From Octopus bimaculoides (taxonomy: Eukaryota): a DNA stretch of 63,589 nucleotides. Shown in pieces: positions 1 to 14,310 of the stretch (position 1 is the first letter of the stretch; every line of letters starts with the position of its first letter). The notes under the pieces were generated by a model. That model ran no database searches and was not told the origin of the DNA. It worked only from the letters and a program-made list of their open reading frames with translations. The translations under genes were made by a program, and so were the position numbers. Location of the stretch: NCBI RefSeq assembly GCF_001194135.2, contig NC_068982.1:158676524-158740112 (forward strand). Direction: 5' to 3'.

Positions 1-661
1 TATATATATATATATATATTTATAATTATACAACTGTATTTATATGTGTCTACGTGTATGTGCGTGTGTACTTAGAAACACACACGCATACACACACGTA
101 CATGGTGGTATCTGTGTAAGTAATTTACCTCGTTATATGCACATAAATAAATTTTCCTAATTCCTTAAGTTACTTATTTGTGCTTCTCTATAACTCTTTT
201 CAATTGTGTTTTCTAACATATAACAATGTGCATCTTATTGATTTATATATGTGTGATTTAGTACTTTACTAGGTTCCACCAATGGGAAACGTTGGTTTAT
301 CGGCCAACTTATGATTTGCATCTGTGAAAGTGTGACAAAAGATGAGTAAATATCCAGGTGATTGCTGATGCAGCAATCACTATGAAGTTTACTACAGAAT
401 TCTACTTTTGCTGAATTATCTCTCCTTTACTTCCTAAGTAAGTTATACAACCCCCTCCCACACACACACACACAACTTGTTCTTTTGCACATAAAAATAC
501 GTAGATACGTGTGTATGTAAATATGTACGTATATTTATACACACACAAACACACACGCTTAAATGCATATATGTATATATTTATTTATTTATATCTATAA
601 ATATATGTATGTATATGGTTATACATAACTAACCTACAAATCATTTATTGTGTTTTAATGT

Positions 662-701
<40 letters not shown>

Positions 702-2139
702 GTTGCTGCTGCTGCTGCTGCTGCTGCAACTGCTATACATGTGAATTCATATTTCCTGCACGTTCGTGTGCGTATGTGCACGTTTCAGCAACTGTGTTTT
801 AGGCTTGTGTGTGTATGTACGTGTGTGAGCTTAATTATGATTTCTATCGTGGTAAGCACAAATAAGAAAATGAAAACCACGAAAGAAATATACATAGCGT
901 ACACAGACTGCAGAATAATTAACATAGTGAAGCACACACGCACACACATGCTAACAAACTCACAGATATGGAGACAAATTATGCTTTAAGTCTCTATAGA
1001 CTAAGTATCAATTATTATTACTTTAATTAAGAGAGTCGTTCAGTGAGTAAACGATAACACTTTCTAAGTAATGTATATTCCCATAGAATGGTAATCTTCC
1101 ATACTTCAGAAGAATTCTCCAGAATCCTCGTTGACACGGTTACCATTGAAATCATTAGTGGTTAGGTTTCATTGGAGTAATTTGAATTTATAGAAGGAAA
1201 ACAGCATTATATAAAACACACATTCATGCATACAAGCATACATATATGTCATAGAGCTTGTGTTCGCGAATGTATCCCTACTTACCTTCTTACCTACCTA
1301 CATACCTACCTATATACATCCAAACACAAACACACGCACAGGCATAAACACACACATATGTATATACATATACACATTTACATAAACATACATGCATATA
1401 TATATATATATATATANNNNNNNNNNNNNNNNNNNNNNNNNNNNNNNNNNNNNNNNNNNNNNNNNNNNNNNNNNNNNNNNNNNNNNNNNNNNNNNNNNNN
1501 NNNNNNNNNNNNNNNNNNNNNNNNNNNNNNNNNNNNNNNNNNNNNNNNNNNNNNNNNNNNNNNNNNNNNNNNNNNNNNNNNNNNNNNNNNNNNNNNNNNN
1601 NNNNNNNNNNNNNNNNNNNNNNNNNNNNNNNNNNNNNNNNNNNNNNNNNNNNNNNNNNNNNNNNNNNNNNNNNNNNNNNNNNNNNNNNNNNNNNNNNNNN
1701 NNNNNNNNNNNNNNNNNNNNNNNNNNNNNNNNNNNNNNNNNNNNNNNNNNNNNNNNNNNNNNNNNNNNNNNNNNNNNNNNNNNNNNNNNNNNNNNNNNNN
1801 NNNNNNNNNNNNNNNNNNNNNNNNNNNNNNNNNNNNNNNNNNNNNNNNNNNNNNNNNNNNNNNNNNNNNNNNNNNNNNNNNNNNNNNNNNNNNNNNNNNN
1901 NNNNNNNNNNNNNNNNNNNNNNNNNNNNNNNNNNNNNNNNNNTATATATATATTTATCAATTGAAGTCTCTGTGTTGTATTACATGAAGGTATTTTGATG
2001 CTGCCTTTGCAACCTCCCCTCCCCAAGCTTTCAGTCATACTGTAATATCTCTCATCATTCACTTGCCCTGGGGCGCCAGGTGTGTCTCAGCAATTAATTG
2101 TTAGAAACAAGCAATTTAAAATTAAATAACATCATTAAC

Positions 2140-2224
2140 AATAACAACACCAACAGCAACAAAAACAACTGCAACAACAGCAAAAAACAACAACAACAAA
2201 AGCAACAACAACAACAACAACAAC

Positions 2225-2280
<56 letters not shown>

Positions 2281-2300
2281 TAATAGTAATAGTAATAATG
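2140..2300 (+). repeat. (CAA)n to (TAA)n compound microsatellite
   Basis: Read directly. Confidence 0.95.
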
Positions 2301-2588
2301 ATTTGTCTACTGACTAGAAATGGTTTATAGTAAGAAACACATAAATGCGGCACAGGACATGACACGGAGTGTGCATGTGTGTACGTGTGTTATTACGAGA
2401 CTTTTGTGTGTAAACATGTGTCACAAAAATATGTTCTAATAACATTTTTACAATGAACATTATTTAAGAGGGAGCTGGCGTTCGAGCTCTTCTCATGAAA
2501 AACCTAATAAAATCGTGGGTGCCCTGACTTCTAGAGGCAGGTGCCTTTTTCTATACTCTTACTCCGATTTACAGGTGTATGCATATGT

Positions 2589-2645
<57 letters not shown>

Positions 2646-3449
2646 TTGGTAGACGGGAAATATGCCGAAGCCTGTCGACATGATCTGCTGGCAAAGCATG
2701 ATAGGAATATATTAGGAATACATGTCAATTTATACGTGTGAGTATATGTATACACACGCGGCCATACACACAGACACACATATGTGCGGATTTGTGTGTG
2801 TATGTGTTTATGTGCGTGCGTATGTGAACATGCGTTTGAGTGTATGTATATAGATATGTATATGTCTGTTTATGTAGGTTTATGCATGCTGATATAATAC
2901 ATTATGGAGGTGAAGCTAAAGTAAAATAACTGTAACGACGATTAACTCATGAGAAAGAAAGATAACATATTTAATTCGGTCATTAAATCTTCACAAATAT
3001 TTTAAGCTATTTCCCTTTGGTAATTTAATATCTTCAATCAGCTCCCTTGCTTCATAATACAGCTTTGTGCGATAAACACATTGATATAGAATATGAACAA
3101 TTTATTTTCATCAGTATGCAGGAGAAGAAGAGCAGCTTGCGTTATTAAACCTCTTTTAGATCTCTCTTATTATCAGGTTTTTGACATAAACTGCAGTTAT
3201 TGATCTCGCTCAACATGTTATTCTAAATAAGCCCTGACTGAACACACCTGTGATCAAAGGCGTTATTCTTATAACAAGCCTGCCTGTTTACATGGCGCGG
3301 AGTATATTTTACTTTGTATTAATTTTCATTTTATAACCTTTAACTTATGTAATTAGGTTAACTGATTTCATTGTGAAACTCAAGATTGATTGCGACACTA
3401 TTATACTCAATTCTATAAGGGAAGTTAGAGAGGAAAGACAGCGCTCAAA

Positions 3450-4280
3450 TACGATTGGGTGCACAAGAGTAAACGGAAGCATTCTGTGGGACAAGCCTGT
3501 TGTAGGTCAAGTTTCCGTCGCAAACAGCCAATAGATGCCACCCTCTGGCATTAGTTTGCCGACCGGCTTCTTCTGATGGGATGGTATTTTCACGTGGTGC
3601 ATCTTTGTATTGCAGTACTTGCCCCCAGTTTGTCGATTTTTGCGATGGCTGAAATGAAAAACAGCGTGCTTCCGTGAAATTCTGTTTGCTGCTGGGGAAA
3701 ACGGCGGCCGAAACAGTTGTCATGATTCAAACAGCTTACAAGGACGCTGCCATGAGCAAAGGAAGCTTACGAGAAGTTTTAACACTTTAGGGATACTCAC
3801 TTGTCGCTTGAAGACCAACATCGTTGAAGGCGACCGTCGACCTCTCGAACGAAGTAAAACATTATGAAAATATATAAACTGATCTTAGAGGACCGTCGCC
3901 GAACAATTGACGAACTTGTTGATATGACTTCCGTGTCCTGGAGCTTTTGCCAACGAAGTTTCAGCAATGAATTACGAATGAAAAGAGGTGCAACAAAATT
4001 TGCGCCTCGCTTGATCAGAGAAGATCAAAAGGAGTCACGATTGAATGCGTGTCATGAACTGAAACCGCAATTGGAAATCTGGTGCTGCGACATTTGCAGA
4101 TGTGGAAGAAGTGAAGAAAAAATTGAAGGAGGCGTTAAAAGGCTTCACTTAGCGAGAGTTCCAGACCCGATGCATTGCTCCAAATCGAGAACACTTTGAA
4201 AGCGATAAATGTGTGAACATGCAAAATTAAATGAATGAAATATTGCAAAATTTCGGTTTCTTTTGCGTACAGTTTGGTAT
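3450..4280 (+). mobile_element. Degenerate, internally deleted mariner transposon
   Basis: Frameshifted transposase from ATG 3645: MAEMK/QRASVKFCLLLGKTAAETVVMIQTAYKDAAMSK...ILEDRRRTIDELVDMTSVSWSFCQR..SNELRMKRGATKFAPRLIREDQKESRL, then jumps to a C-terminal remnant. Weak TIR remnants at about 3450-3478 and 4251-4280. Confidence 0.85.
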
Positions 4281-4551
4281 ATTTTTAATGCCTCATAATA
4301 TGCCGGGACTAATTATCCTGAATGGCAGATGTAATTATCCTGAAGCGTCTTACTTGGGAAACTCAGTGCTCTCTAGTACAGGCAGCAAAGCACTAAGAAA
4401 ATTTATTAAAATTTAACAACCCATTAAGTGTACATACATCCCATGAACAGGAATGTGACGAATAGGACACAAAAAGATGAATGGTAATGGAATTGCATAT
4501 ATATATATTTCATTAGCGGGACATAGTTTGCCTATTACTATTAAACCTTGT

Positions 4552-4677
4552 ACTACAGGCACAAGAGCTCAAATTTTGGCGGGCGGGACTTAGTCGATTT
4601 CAACATCCACAGTGCTCAACTGGTGCTTACTTCATTGATTCGGATGGAACAAAGGCACAGTCCGCCTTGCTGAAGTT
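4552..4677 (-). mobile_element. Partial SINE copy, tandem with 4757-4964
   Basis: ggcacaagagctcaaatttt...tagtcgatt...cagtgctcaactggtgcttacttcattga. Confidence 0.7.
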
Positions 4678-4756
4678 GCGATTGTAAAGAAGGAGGAAAG
4701 GCTGCTAAGAGTTTTGTTAGGTGTGTAATGATTTTGCCAGCTCGTCAGTTTCAACT

Positions 4757-4964
4757 TTTGGCACAAGGCTAAATATTTTCGATTACATAGGGTAATATTC
4801 GATTACATCGACCCGAGTGTTCAGTTTGTATTCATTTTATTGACCCCCGAAATGATGAAAGGTAAAATTAACTGCAGCAATATTTGGACTTAGAAAATAA
4901 AGACGGACGAAATGCCGCTAAGCATTTTGCCCAGTATGCAAACAATTTACCAGCTCGACACCTT
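4757..4964 (-). mobile_element. SINE copy, same family
   Basis: ggcacaagg...atcgacccgagt...ccccgaaatgatgaaaggtaaa...gacggacgaaatgccgctaagcattttgccc. Confidence 0.8.
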
Positions 4965-5635
4965 TACTAATAATAACTAATATCAATAATGAATTTGTTT
5001 CATGTTCAGTAAATTATGAGCTTTGGGTATCTATGAAGAACTACTGCTTTAGATTCTGTGTAAATTTACAAATTTAGAGAAAAAAAAAATTAAAAAGGAT
5101 AAAGACAAGACGTGATATTGTATTAGAATATGAAAATAGAAACCAAAAAAAGAACGGTTACAGATTCTGAAATACAAATACATGAACCCAAGTATATGCA
5201 CCCACCTACACATACACATGCATACCAGATGCGTGTCTAAAAACAGAATTTTTTTACGTCAAAACAATCAGCGTGAAACGAAATTATTTATGTATATATA
5301 AATATTCATAAATCGTTACACATATGCATCATAATTTTATGTTCAGTACGGATAAAATCCAACTACATTTTAAAATAGAACAATAACAATTCCTTCATTA
5401 GACTAAACAATAATATATTATAGATTTTTTGCACTTCTCATAATTAACTAATTTTATATTAGAAAATAATGAAGCGGAATTTATCAATCCAGCTTCAAAG
5501 GTACAGATTTCTTCCTCATCTTCCGTTTTCAACAGAAACCTGAAATTAGCACGCATACATGCCATAATGTAAAGGTGTTTGTATCACTGTGTGCGTATGC
5601 GTGTGTGTATTTAAATATGTATACATATATATATG

Positions 5636-5668
<33 letters not shown>

Positions 5669-5854
5669 NNNNNNNNNNNNNNNNNNNNNNNNNNNNNNNN
5701 NNNNNNNNNNNNNNNNNNNNNNNNNNNNNNNNNNNNNNNNNNNNNNNNNNNNNNNNNNNNNNNNNNNNNNNNNNNNNNNNNNNNNNNNNNNNNNNNNNNN
5801 NNNNNNNNNNNNNNNNNNNNNNNNNNNNNNNNNNNNNNNNNNNNNNNNNNNNNN

Positions 5855-5904
<50 letters not shown>

Positions 5905-7730
5905 ATATATATAGATATATGTCTATATATATTTATATATTCACATTCATGCATACATTTGCACAGCGAACATATTGTTCAGAAGGACTATTTTCAAATA
6001 CCCAATGCAAGTTCTCGTGCATAATTAATATCCATACTCACCAATGTTAAGACAATAATACAAATATTGATTTTGTTTTAGGACAAAACACGCACGCTGG
6101 AATTTAATTAGTAATGGCTTCATTCAAAATACGACGCTTGAAAGAAATAGAGTCTTGCTAAATAGTTATTTAAATCTTTGAATAACAAATTGTGATTTTA
6201 TTTCTAAAGATTTGATTTTCTCTTAATTGCGTTAATTGTATTTCTCACACGATAACATAAATAGACGACGTACCGAAAATTTAGATCACATATAATCGAT
6301 TGTTTGTTTCTCATAAATCTAGACTAGAATGGAACATTTTGGAAAAACTATCGTGGAACTACATCAGGCGCCGTTTATACGTTTATATGGCAGTTGATTT
6401 CAAGTTGTACCACGAGATATATATCCAACCCTGTAAGAACTATTCAAAATCTGTATTTTTTCTTAAACAGCATTGTTTTAAAATTGTTTGCAACAGTCAT
6501 AGTTTACTGGATATTACATGGACTTTTTCGAGAGAAGGAGAAATATGAACACAAAGTAGAAGAAATAAACGCGTATCATATTATTGATAATCAGGATATA
6601 GAAAGAAATATTATATGGACCGTTGCTTAAATATCATCTAACACGTGTTCCTGCTGTCTATATCTGGTTATGGGAAAGTGAACAATTTTCTTGGTGCCAT
6701 TCAAGTATAGTTCAGGCCACGAAATGCAATAGGGGTAGTCATTCAATACAATAATCATTCATTTCTGACTGGAACTACCATATAAAATCCATTTATGCAA
6801 TGATTTTTTTTTTTACTGAACAATTTAATTTGCAATTCTATTTCTAGATTAAGCAATTCTACAGATGGTCTTTATCTGTCCTATTAATATTGATTTCGTT
6901 GCATAGAAAACAACGTCCAGTCGTTCTACAAAACAAGACACATACATCATTTTTTTTCACGTCACTTGCAAAGAGGGAAATAAAATAAATATAAGAATCC
7001 TGATTCTGTAGAAAAAGATTAGATAACGCATTTATGTGATATATTGTTTTTAACGTGTTTTTTTTCTTTTCTCTTTGTACAATGATGAAATCATTATTAG
7101 GATACTTTTCAGTTCAGATGTAAGCATGAACTTATTGTATTATTTCATTCACCTTAATATCTTGGTCAAATCGGGGTTAAGGGTAGTTTGATTGGAAAAA
7201 AACTAAAAAGTGAAAGCTTTGTACAAATGTGTTGGTATTAAATAGCACACAAAAGACACACACGTTTGTGTGTATGCATAAAACCAATATTAAGAATGGT
7301 AGGGCTATAAATTGAGAGGTAGAACAAAATACGAATGAAACTAATGGTTTACTTTTAATAATTTTATCGATAAATAGTTAACGTTGAACTCAGTAGGATT
7401 GGAAGCAAGGACGCAAGGCGCTACAACAATTAATGTAAATTATAAATCTGCTGCACTGATGATTCTGCACAGTGATCACTGAGTAGAATAAAGAATAGTA
7501 TGAGAAAGTTTTTGTGGTTAAGTGCAGCACCCTTGGTGCCAACAAGTAAACGTACAATGAGCGAAGATTTATTGGCGACATATCTAAATAAACCTTCTAA
7601 CGTAGCGTACGGCAGCAAACGTAGATGGGAAGATGTACTTCACGTCTGGGGGGCGTATGAAAATGTGCAGATAAGAAAGTATATCTTATTTTACAGGCAA
7701 TAAATAAATCCAGTAGTTGATCGGTGCCCG

Positions 7731-7731
7731 T

Positions 7732-7795
<64 letters not shown>

Positions 7796-7867
7796 AAGAA
7801 GAAGAAGAAGAAGAAGAAGAAGAAGAAGAAGAAGAAGAAGATGATGATGATGATGATGATGATGATG
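7731..7867 (+). repeat. Compound trinucleotide microsatellite (GTA)n(GAA)n(GAT)n
   Basis: Read directly; it generates the poly-V/E/D artefact ORFs. Confidence 0.98.
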
Positions 7868-8537
7868 AGATGGTGGGAAAATATAAACATAAAATAAGAA
7901 GCAAGGAGAAGAGAAATAAAAAAGAACAGACATATAAAATAATTAAACACCTGAGAGTGTCCTACAGGAATAAAGAAATAGCACAAAGAAAAAAGGAAAA
8001 GAAACTTGGCGCCGGATATAAGAGCAAATTTGAAATAAATGTCTAGAAAAAGAAAGGAAGAAGAGTTAAATTGTTCAGCCCATTTCTACAGAAGTGTGTT
8101 GGATCAAGACTATAGTACCCCTAAGTTGCTACCAAAAGTAAATAGGTGAATAAAAGCTGTCTATATGTACACCAATGTGTGCTTATGCATGTACATCATT
8201 TGCATGCCATCATAACTGAAAATGTTATTTTTGAAACCAGTATGTATGTGCGGGTTCATTCAATATGTGTTTTGTTTTGCTGTGAAGTGAATGGATATTA
8301 ACTGCAATATTTCTTTTCTACTGAATTTTGGAACGATGCCATATACCTATACTCTCAAAATGTCTCGCACATCTATTTTTGTTTTTTTTTGTAAGTTTTC
8401 ATTCAAGTAATTTCTCAAATGGTTTTCATTTGCATTTCTTTAAGATAAGTTGTGATTATTATTTTTTTCTCACATACTATACACATCTTGAAATTTGCGT
8501 GATTATATTGTTAATTATTTCGAGGTACTACTTGATT

Positions 8538-8610
8538 GGTACTTCATTTCATCATCCAAAGAAGGATGGAAATCAATGTTGACCCTGGCTGGTTTTAGGA
8601 ATCAAGATAT
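8538..8610 (-). mobile_element. SINE fragment
   Basis: ggtacttcatttcatc...aaggatggaaatcaatgttgaccctggc resembles the middle of the 25876 copy. Confidence 0.5.
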
Positions 8611-9704
8611 AAACACGTGTACTTTTATGAGTTTTGTTTAACGCTCTAACAATTCGTACACGCCACCCTTATGTTAGTAATGTTGATTTCATATTTGGCG
8701 TATTGATGTAGTTTTTTAATGTAATCAATGACATGAAATTTACTTTCGCCATAACTTAATAAATGAAGAGTTAATAGCTTTTAAAGTGTGCAAATTATGG
8801 GTAATTTTAGCCAATCGAGGGCCACAGACATATAGGTGTTTGTTTCCATAGTAATAAAGCAAGCTGTTACCAAGCCGCTAACCACGTGATCTATTTTTCG
8901 CTTATTAAATACTTAAAACGCATGTAGCATGATTTGGTCATGAAACGTGCTAAAAATAACAGTTGAACAGGCTTTAAATAACGCATCAAAAAATATATAT
9001 TTTCTCTGAATAGTCGTATGAATTTTGCGTGTACAGTACAAATTTGCAAACATTTTCTGAAAATTCCAAAAAATACAGAATTTATGACGCGTTATATGGC
9101 GTGCGTAAAGTATATAATTTCGCCAGTATTTCATTTCTGCAGTCACACACAAAATGACAGCTTCCAAATCCTGTTTTCTGACTGGTTTCTAAATGATCGA
9201 ACTTTAAACTTTTATAACTTATGTTTGAGATTCAACATGGTAAATTACATGAATATACCAAATTTAAAAATTTAAAACTTTAAAATTTCCTCTAGACTTT
9301 AAACTTTAAAATTTCAAAAGACTTCACTTCGCGTGTGTAAACTCTCCATACTTTTTACATAACCCATTTTTGTGAGCAATCTTTTTACAATCCTTTGCGT
9401 TTTACATATTCATGCAAGCTTATTATGCACACCTTCCTCGAAGTTTATCTCTGACCTCCTACCTTTGTAATATATATTTATCGTTCTGTTCTAGATATAC
9501 AGCTTTCTTTAGTACGCCGGATTTCCCATTGTCACGCCTTCCACTCGCCTATATCACATTCATAACTATCCACCAGCCGCAACATCACATTCAAATAACA
9601 CTCTCCTTGCCCATCTTCCAGCACGTATATACTCCTATACATGCACTTAACAACTCGCATCTTCCACTCTTTCCAACTCCTTCCCATAGAACCGAATTCC
9701 TAAA

Positions 9705-9755
<51 letters not shown>

Positions 9756-9874
9756 GTTTCTTCTTTTACTTCTTTCCAAGTTTATACTAATAAATTTCGT
9801 CAAAGATTGTCGCTCTCGTGCATTTTCTCGTGTTTATTTAGTCACCATATGTGCTTACTCATCATTTAGTTATA

Positions 9875-9906
<32 letters not shown>

Positions 9907-10024
9907 CATATATATATATATACATATATATNNNNNNNNNNNNNNNNNNNNNNNNNNNNNNNNNNNNNNNNNNNNNNNNNNNNNNNNNNNNNNNNNNNNN
10001 NNNNNNNNNNNNNNNNNNNNNNNN

Positions 10025-10091
<67 letters not shown>

Positions 10092-11127
10092 TTATATACA
10101 CGCACGTTGGTGACATACCCGAAAGCACTATGTGTCTAAAACGACGTCCCTTCACGTGATAGATGTTGTCTGATGTTCAGTAACGCAGAGAATAGAAACA
10201 TTTGTAAAATGAATCCGACGAGAACATTCCTAAGTAATCATGACATGTTTTACCTTCAATGAACTTGGAAGCAATAAATAAACTAACAGCTGAATACCTG
10301 AGATGATATAATCAAGAATTTCTTACCTGAGTTTTGTTTTCTCTTTATCGTAACGCCTACGTTATAATTATTTTAATACATCTACTTCTTCTAATCTGCC
10401 TGTTTCAGTATTGCTTTTGTATATTCGGTGTTGATAATTTAAAAACCACCTATTTGCTGGAGTTAATCCAACTAACTTCATGCCTGTGGCTATGTGTCAA
10501 TGCAAGCAATCAATATCTTTTCCATTGTATTTTTTTAAAATACGAGTCATGTTTACGTACACGGTCATTTAAACAAGTTAGCTGAGCAAACAACATGCGT
10601 CAGGGTTGTTTCGTCAACAAGTGTTTATTTCATTTCTATACCATTTAGACATTGTAGAAAGTGATTTTATTTTGGGTCAATAATTGATTAGAAATTATAT
10701 GTTTAGTGATACGCCACGCATGTCTGCAATATTTACTTGAATTGGTTTGTTGCCAACAGCTATACATGTATAGACTATTATAAACATATAAATTGTGCAA
10801 AGATTCACATCACAGTTTATTTTGTACATTTTAACGATCAATAAAATTCCTTTCACCAATCTGAATAGCTCATAAGACTGTTACTGTTACTTATCAAAGC
10901 GTTCCATAGCGTTAAATGGCAGAGCATAAACTCTAACGGTTAGTAGAACAACAGTTTATTGTGAAGCCACGTTCGGTTTGTTGAATATTTTCCAGTACAC
11001 ATATCGCAGACCGAAAACACGACAAACTCACCTGTAAGTTGTGGCGCCAATTACATCTGACACAATCAAAACAACGTGTGAATATTAAACACATACAAGC
11101 ATACACTCCCCCCCACACATGCGCGCA

Positions 11128-11162
<35 letters not shown>

Positions 11163-11343
11163 ATATANNNNNNNNNNNNNNNNNNNNNNNNNNNNNNNNN
11201 NNNNNNNNNNNNNNNNNNNNNNNNNNNNNNNNNNNNNNNNNNNNNNNNNNNNNNNNNNNNNNNNNNNNNNNNNNNNNNNNNNNNNNNNNNNNNNNNNNNN
11301 NNNNNNNNNNNNNNNNNNNNNNNNNNNNNNNNNNNNNNNNNNN

Positions 11344-11375
<32 letters not shown>

Positions 11376-11499
11376 GCGTCTCTACGTGTATACTAATATG
11401 TTCGTGACTTTGTGTGTGTGTTTATGTATATGTTTCTCTATATATTTGGTGTGTATGTACACGCATGCACGCACACAGATAGGGAGATAGACAAACACA

Positions 11500-12030
11500 A
11501 ATCTCAATTGCTGATCTTCTGAATGCCACGATTAAACTAATCTTGAAATTACACGATCCATTCAGGAGGTCTAGTCACATCCCGTCTAACATACACCCAT
11601 GACCTCATCACTCACCAACTTTCATCTACCAAGACCACAATGCACATTGATCTGCTAACATTAAAGACGAATCATTTATTTTACAAAGAAATAAATTCCA
11701 GCAACTACCCAATTTTAAGGGAAGCAAGGTTTCAGAGAGGCGACGTTACAATATTTTTCTGCTCATAGTGGACATGGTTATAGCGTCTACTCCAAATGTT
11801 ATCCAAATTCAACCAGAAAAAAAGAACAAAAGACATTCCCGAACCTCTAGTCTTAAAATCCATTTAAACCATTGCCACCACTGGACATTGATTTAAATAC
11901 ACAATAACCAGAAAATACATCACCATCTCTCACACACCTATCAGAAATAAACGCAAACATCGTCAAATTGAGTTATAACTGCTTGAAACACATTTCACAT
12001 ATCATTATGCACCACAAGACCCAAATTTTG
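11500..12030 (+). mobile_element. Penelope-like element remnant
   Basis: HLSEINANIVKLSYNCLKHISHIIMHHKTQIL (~11930-12030) resembles the PLE motif xxKIFNRNTVKLSYSCMPNxxxIIxxHNxKIL. An upstream LLTLKTNHLFY segment resembles the PLE RT block LxLxLxxNYFxF. Confidence 0.6.
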
Positions 12031-12303
12031 TGAAGAATGCATATATTTCTCCCGTTCTTCTTGTATTCATCCAGTTCTAAGTTTTGAAAATCAGTGTCTA
12101 CTAATACATAATTCTTGTACATATGGTATTCTGCTAAGAAGGAATAGGTGGAACGTGTTTAGTGAATGTTTAGATATTGCGGGCCGATTTCTCAGATGAG
12201 AATATATGAAGATGAACAGGAGGAGCACACTGGAAAGAGTGTAGACACTTGTGTTAACAATCGAAATTACATACACAAGACACACAAAAGAAAGCGATAT
12301 ATA

Positions 12304-13440
12304 TCAGGCTGAGTAAAAAGTAAGCAACGTTTTGAAACATGAAATTGAACACAATATATTTCAACAATGCGCAAATTCTATTCATCAAAGTACCACTACA
12401 AACAACACATTTTTTACAAGTTACAAGTTTGTTTATTCCGGTAACATAAAAAAATCTGGTGTCCTGGAGCAGATGAGCTCTTTGAACGCACTTTCAGGAT
12501 TGGTTTGATTTTTGAACTCCTTCTCTCGCAGGAAACCATCACGGTGCTTGAAAAAGTGGTAGTCGATAGGAGAAAGGTCTAGAGAATAAGCTGAGTGGGT
12601 AAGAACTTTGTAGCCAAGATTCCTCAACTTCTGGAGCGTCATTATTGAAACGTGTGGTCGAGCATTGTAATGAAGAATGATTGGCCCTTTTCTTATGAAC
12701 ACTCTGGGAGGAAGAAGTTGCAGTTTTTCTTTCATTTTGGCAATTTCCTGACAGTATATTTCTGCAGAGATGGTTTTTCCGGGTTTTAAGATGCTATAGT
12801 AGATGGGTTCAGCAGTGCACAACTAAACAGTTACCATACGATCGAGATATGGATCGGGTTGGTTATGGAGAAGAAGCAAATTTCATATTTACGCATTTTC
12901 TGATTTTCATTCAAATCGTGTGACACCTCTTTTTTGAGCGTTTTTTATTTTCTGATCGCAGACAGTTTTATGGCTAACTTGAAGTTCTTTTACCAGTTCT
13001 CGAGTGGTTTTACGTGGACCTTTCTCAATAACGGTCTTAAGTTTATCGTCATCGAAGACAGATGGGCGTCCACTACGCTCATGATCTTCAAGGCTCAGGT
13101 CTTCACTGCGAAATCGTTTAAATCATTTTTGAACTGACCAACAACTAGTCATATCCTCACCGAATGTGTCGCTGATATCGCGAGCGGTTTCAGCTGCTTT
13201 ACGTCCTTTTTTGAAGTTGAATAGCAAAATTGCACGTGTATAGCACTTTGACAGTTCCATTGACAGATTATTGAAACATCGGTGAAAAAATATCAATGCT
13301 AATTTACTGATGAATTCGGGCACGTCTAGGACTGTATTATCATACAATTACAAAACAATGTTTAAAAATTGAAAACACAGCAAAAATCCGGTACAAATTC
13401 CTCATGGTTCAAAACGTTGCTTACTTTTTACTTAACCTGA
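12304..13440 (-). mobile_element. Mariner DNA transposon, Hsmar1/cecropia-like, both TIRs present, transposase defective
   Basis: ~39-bp TIRs (tcaggctgagtaaaaagtaagcaacgttttgaaacatga; right end reverse-complements to tcaggttaagtaaaaagtaagcaacgttttgaaccatga), with TA at 12302-03 and 13441-42. The ORF from ATG 13260 reads MELSKCYTRAILLFNFKKGRKAAETARDI...EDLSLEDHERSGRP...GPIILHYNARPH...HSAYSLDLSPIDYHFFKH. It carries stops and a deletion of the DEKW segment. Confidence 0.95.
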
Positions 13441-13719
13441 TACATGAGGAAGAATTTGAAGTGTGAGTGAGCTACTTCGTGCCACTAAATCAAGAAGCAT
13501 TTTTTGAGGTTGTTATACATGCTCATATTTATCTTGCCAAATAAATAACAAAAGCTTAGAAAAATGTATTCATACGTCTTGCTATCTCTACCAGCAATGC
13601 ATCGATAAACTAGTAACAAAGCAGAGGGCATTCCTTCAAATGCAGCTTTGAATAATAAATACATGAAGTAAATTGAATTCTAGCTATTGACACATATTGA
13701 TATTCTCTTGTAAAACTCT

Positions 13720-14125
13720 CAGAAGTCCGAAAATAATAATGATATCACCACACGTGCTATATAGTTGACATTGCATGCCCCTTTGATCCACGAATAGTCA
13801 AGAAGGAAGACGAAAAGATAGATAGTACAACCCTCTTAATTACGAAATAGCCTGACTATAGAAAATGAAGAAGGTGAAGATAGTGCCAATTATTGTTGGC
13901 TCATTGGAAACAGTACCAGAAGGCATTAAGAGCAATATAAAAGAAATTGGAATAGAGTGCCCTGTAGAACTGTTACAAAAGTTTTGCCTCCTTGGCACTA
14001 CCAAAATAATCAGGCAAGTATTAGATAACTGAATAGAACGAATAGCATTGTACTGTAAGCTGCAGAAAAAAGCCCACTACGAATGGAAGATTCAAGAAGC
14101 TTCAACAAACCTGTGATAATGAGAA
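13720..14125 (+). mobile_element. 3' end of an R4/Dong-like non-LTR retrotransposon (REL endonuclease)
   Basis: Reads CYIVDIACPFDPRIVKKEDEKID, then after a frameshift KMKKVKIVPIIVGSLETVPEGIKSNIKEIGIECPVELLQKFCLLGTTKIIRQVLDN* (13862-14032). A short 3' UTR and (TAA)n follow. Confidence 0.85.
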
Positions 14126-14308
<183 letters not shown>

Positions 14309-14310
14309 AA

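Noticed and set aside
1226-2062. Long ORFs with X runs (also near 5.5, 9.9, 17.7, 19.6, 21.1, 27.7, 31.2, 34.0, 43.7, 46.5, 49.9 and 53.3 kb)
   Set aside because: They read through N gaps and (TA)n/(CA)n tracts.
7597-8046. Homopolymer-rich ORFs (poly-V/E/D/L/T/S; similar at 648, 2135, 14092, 55864 and 60256)
   Set aside because: They are translations of trinucleotide microsatellites.
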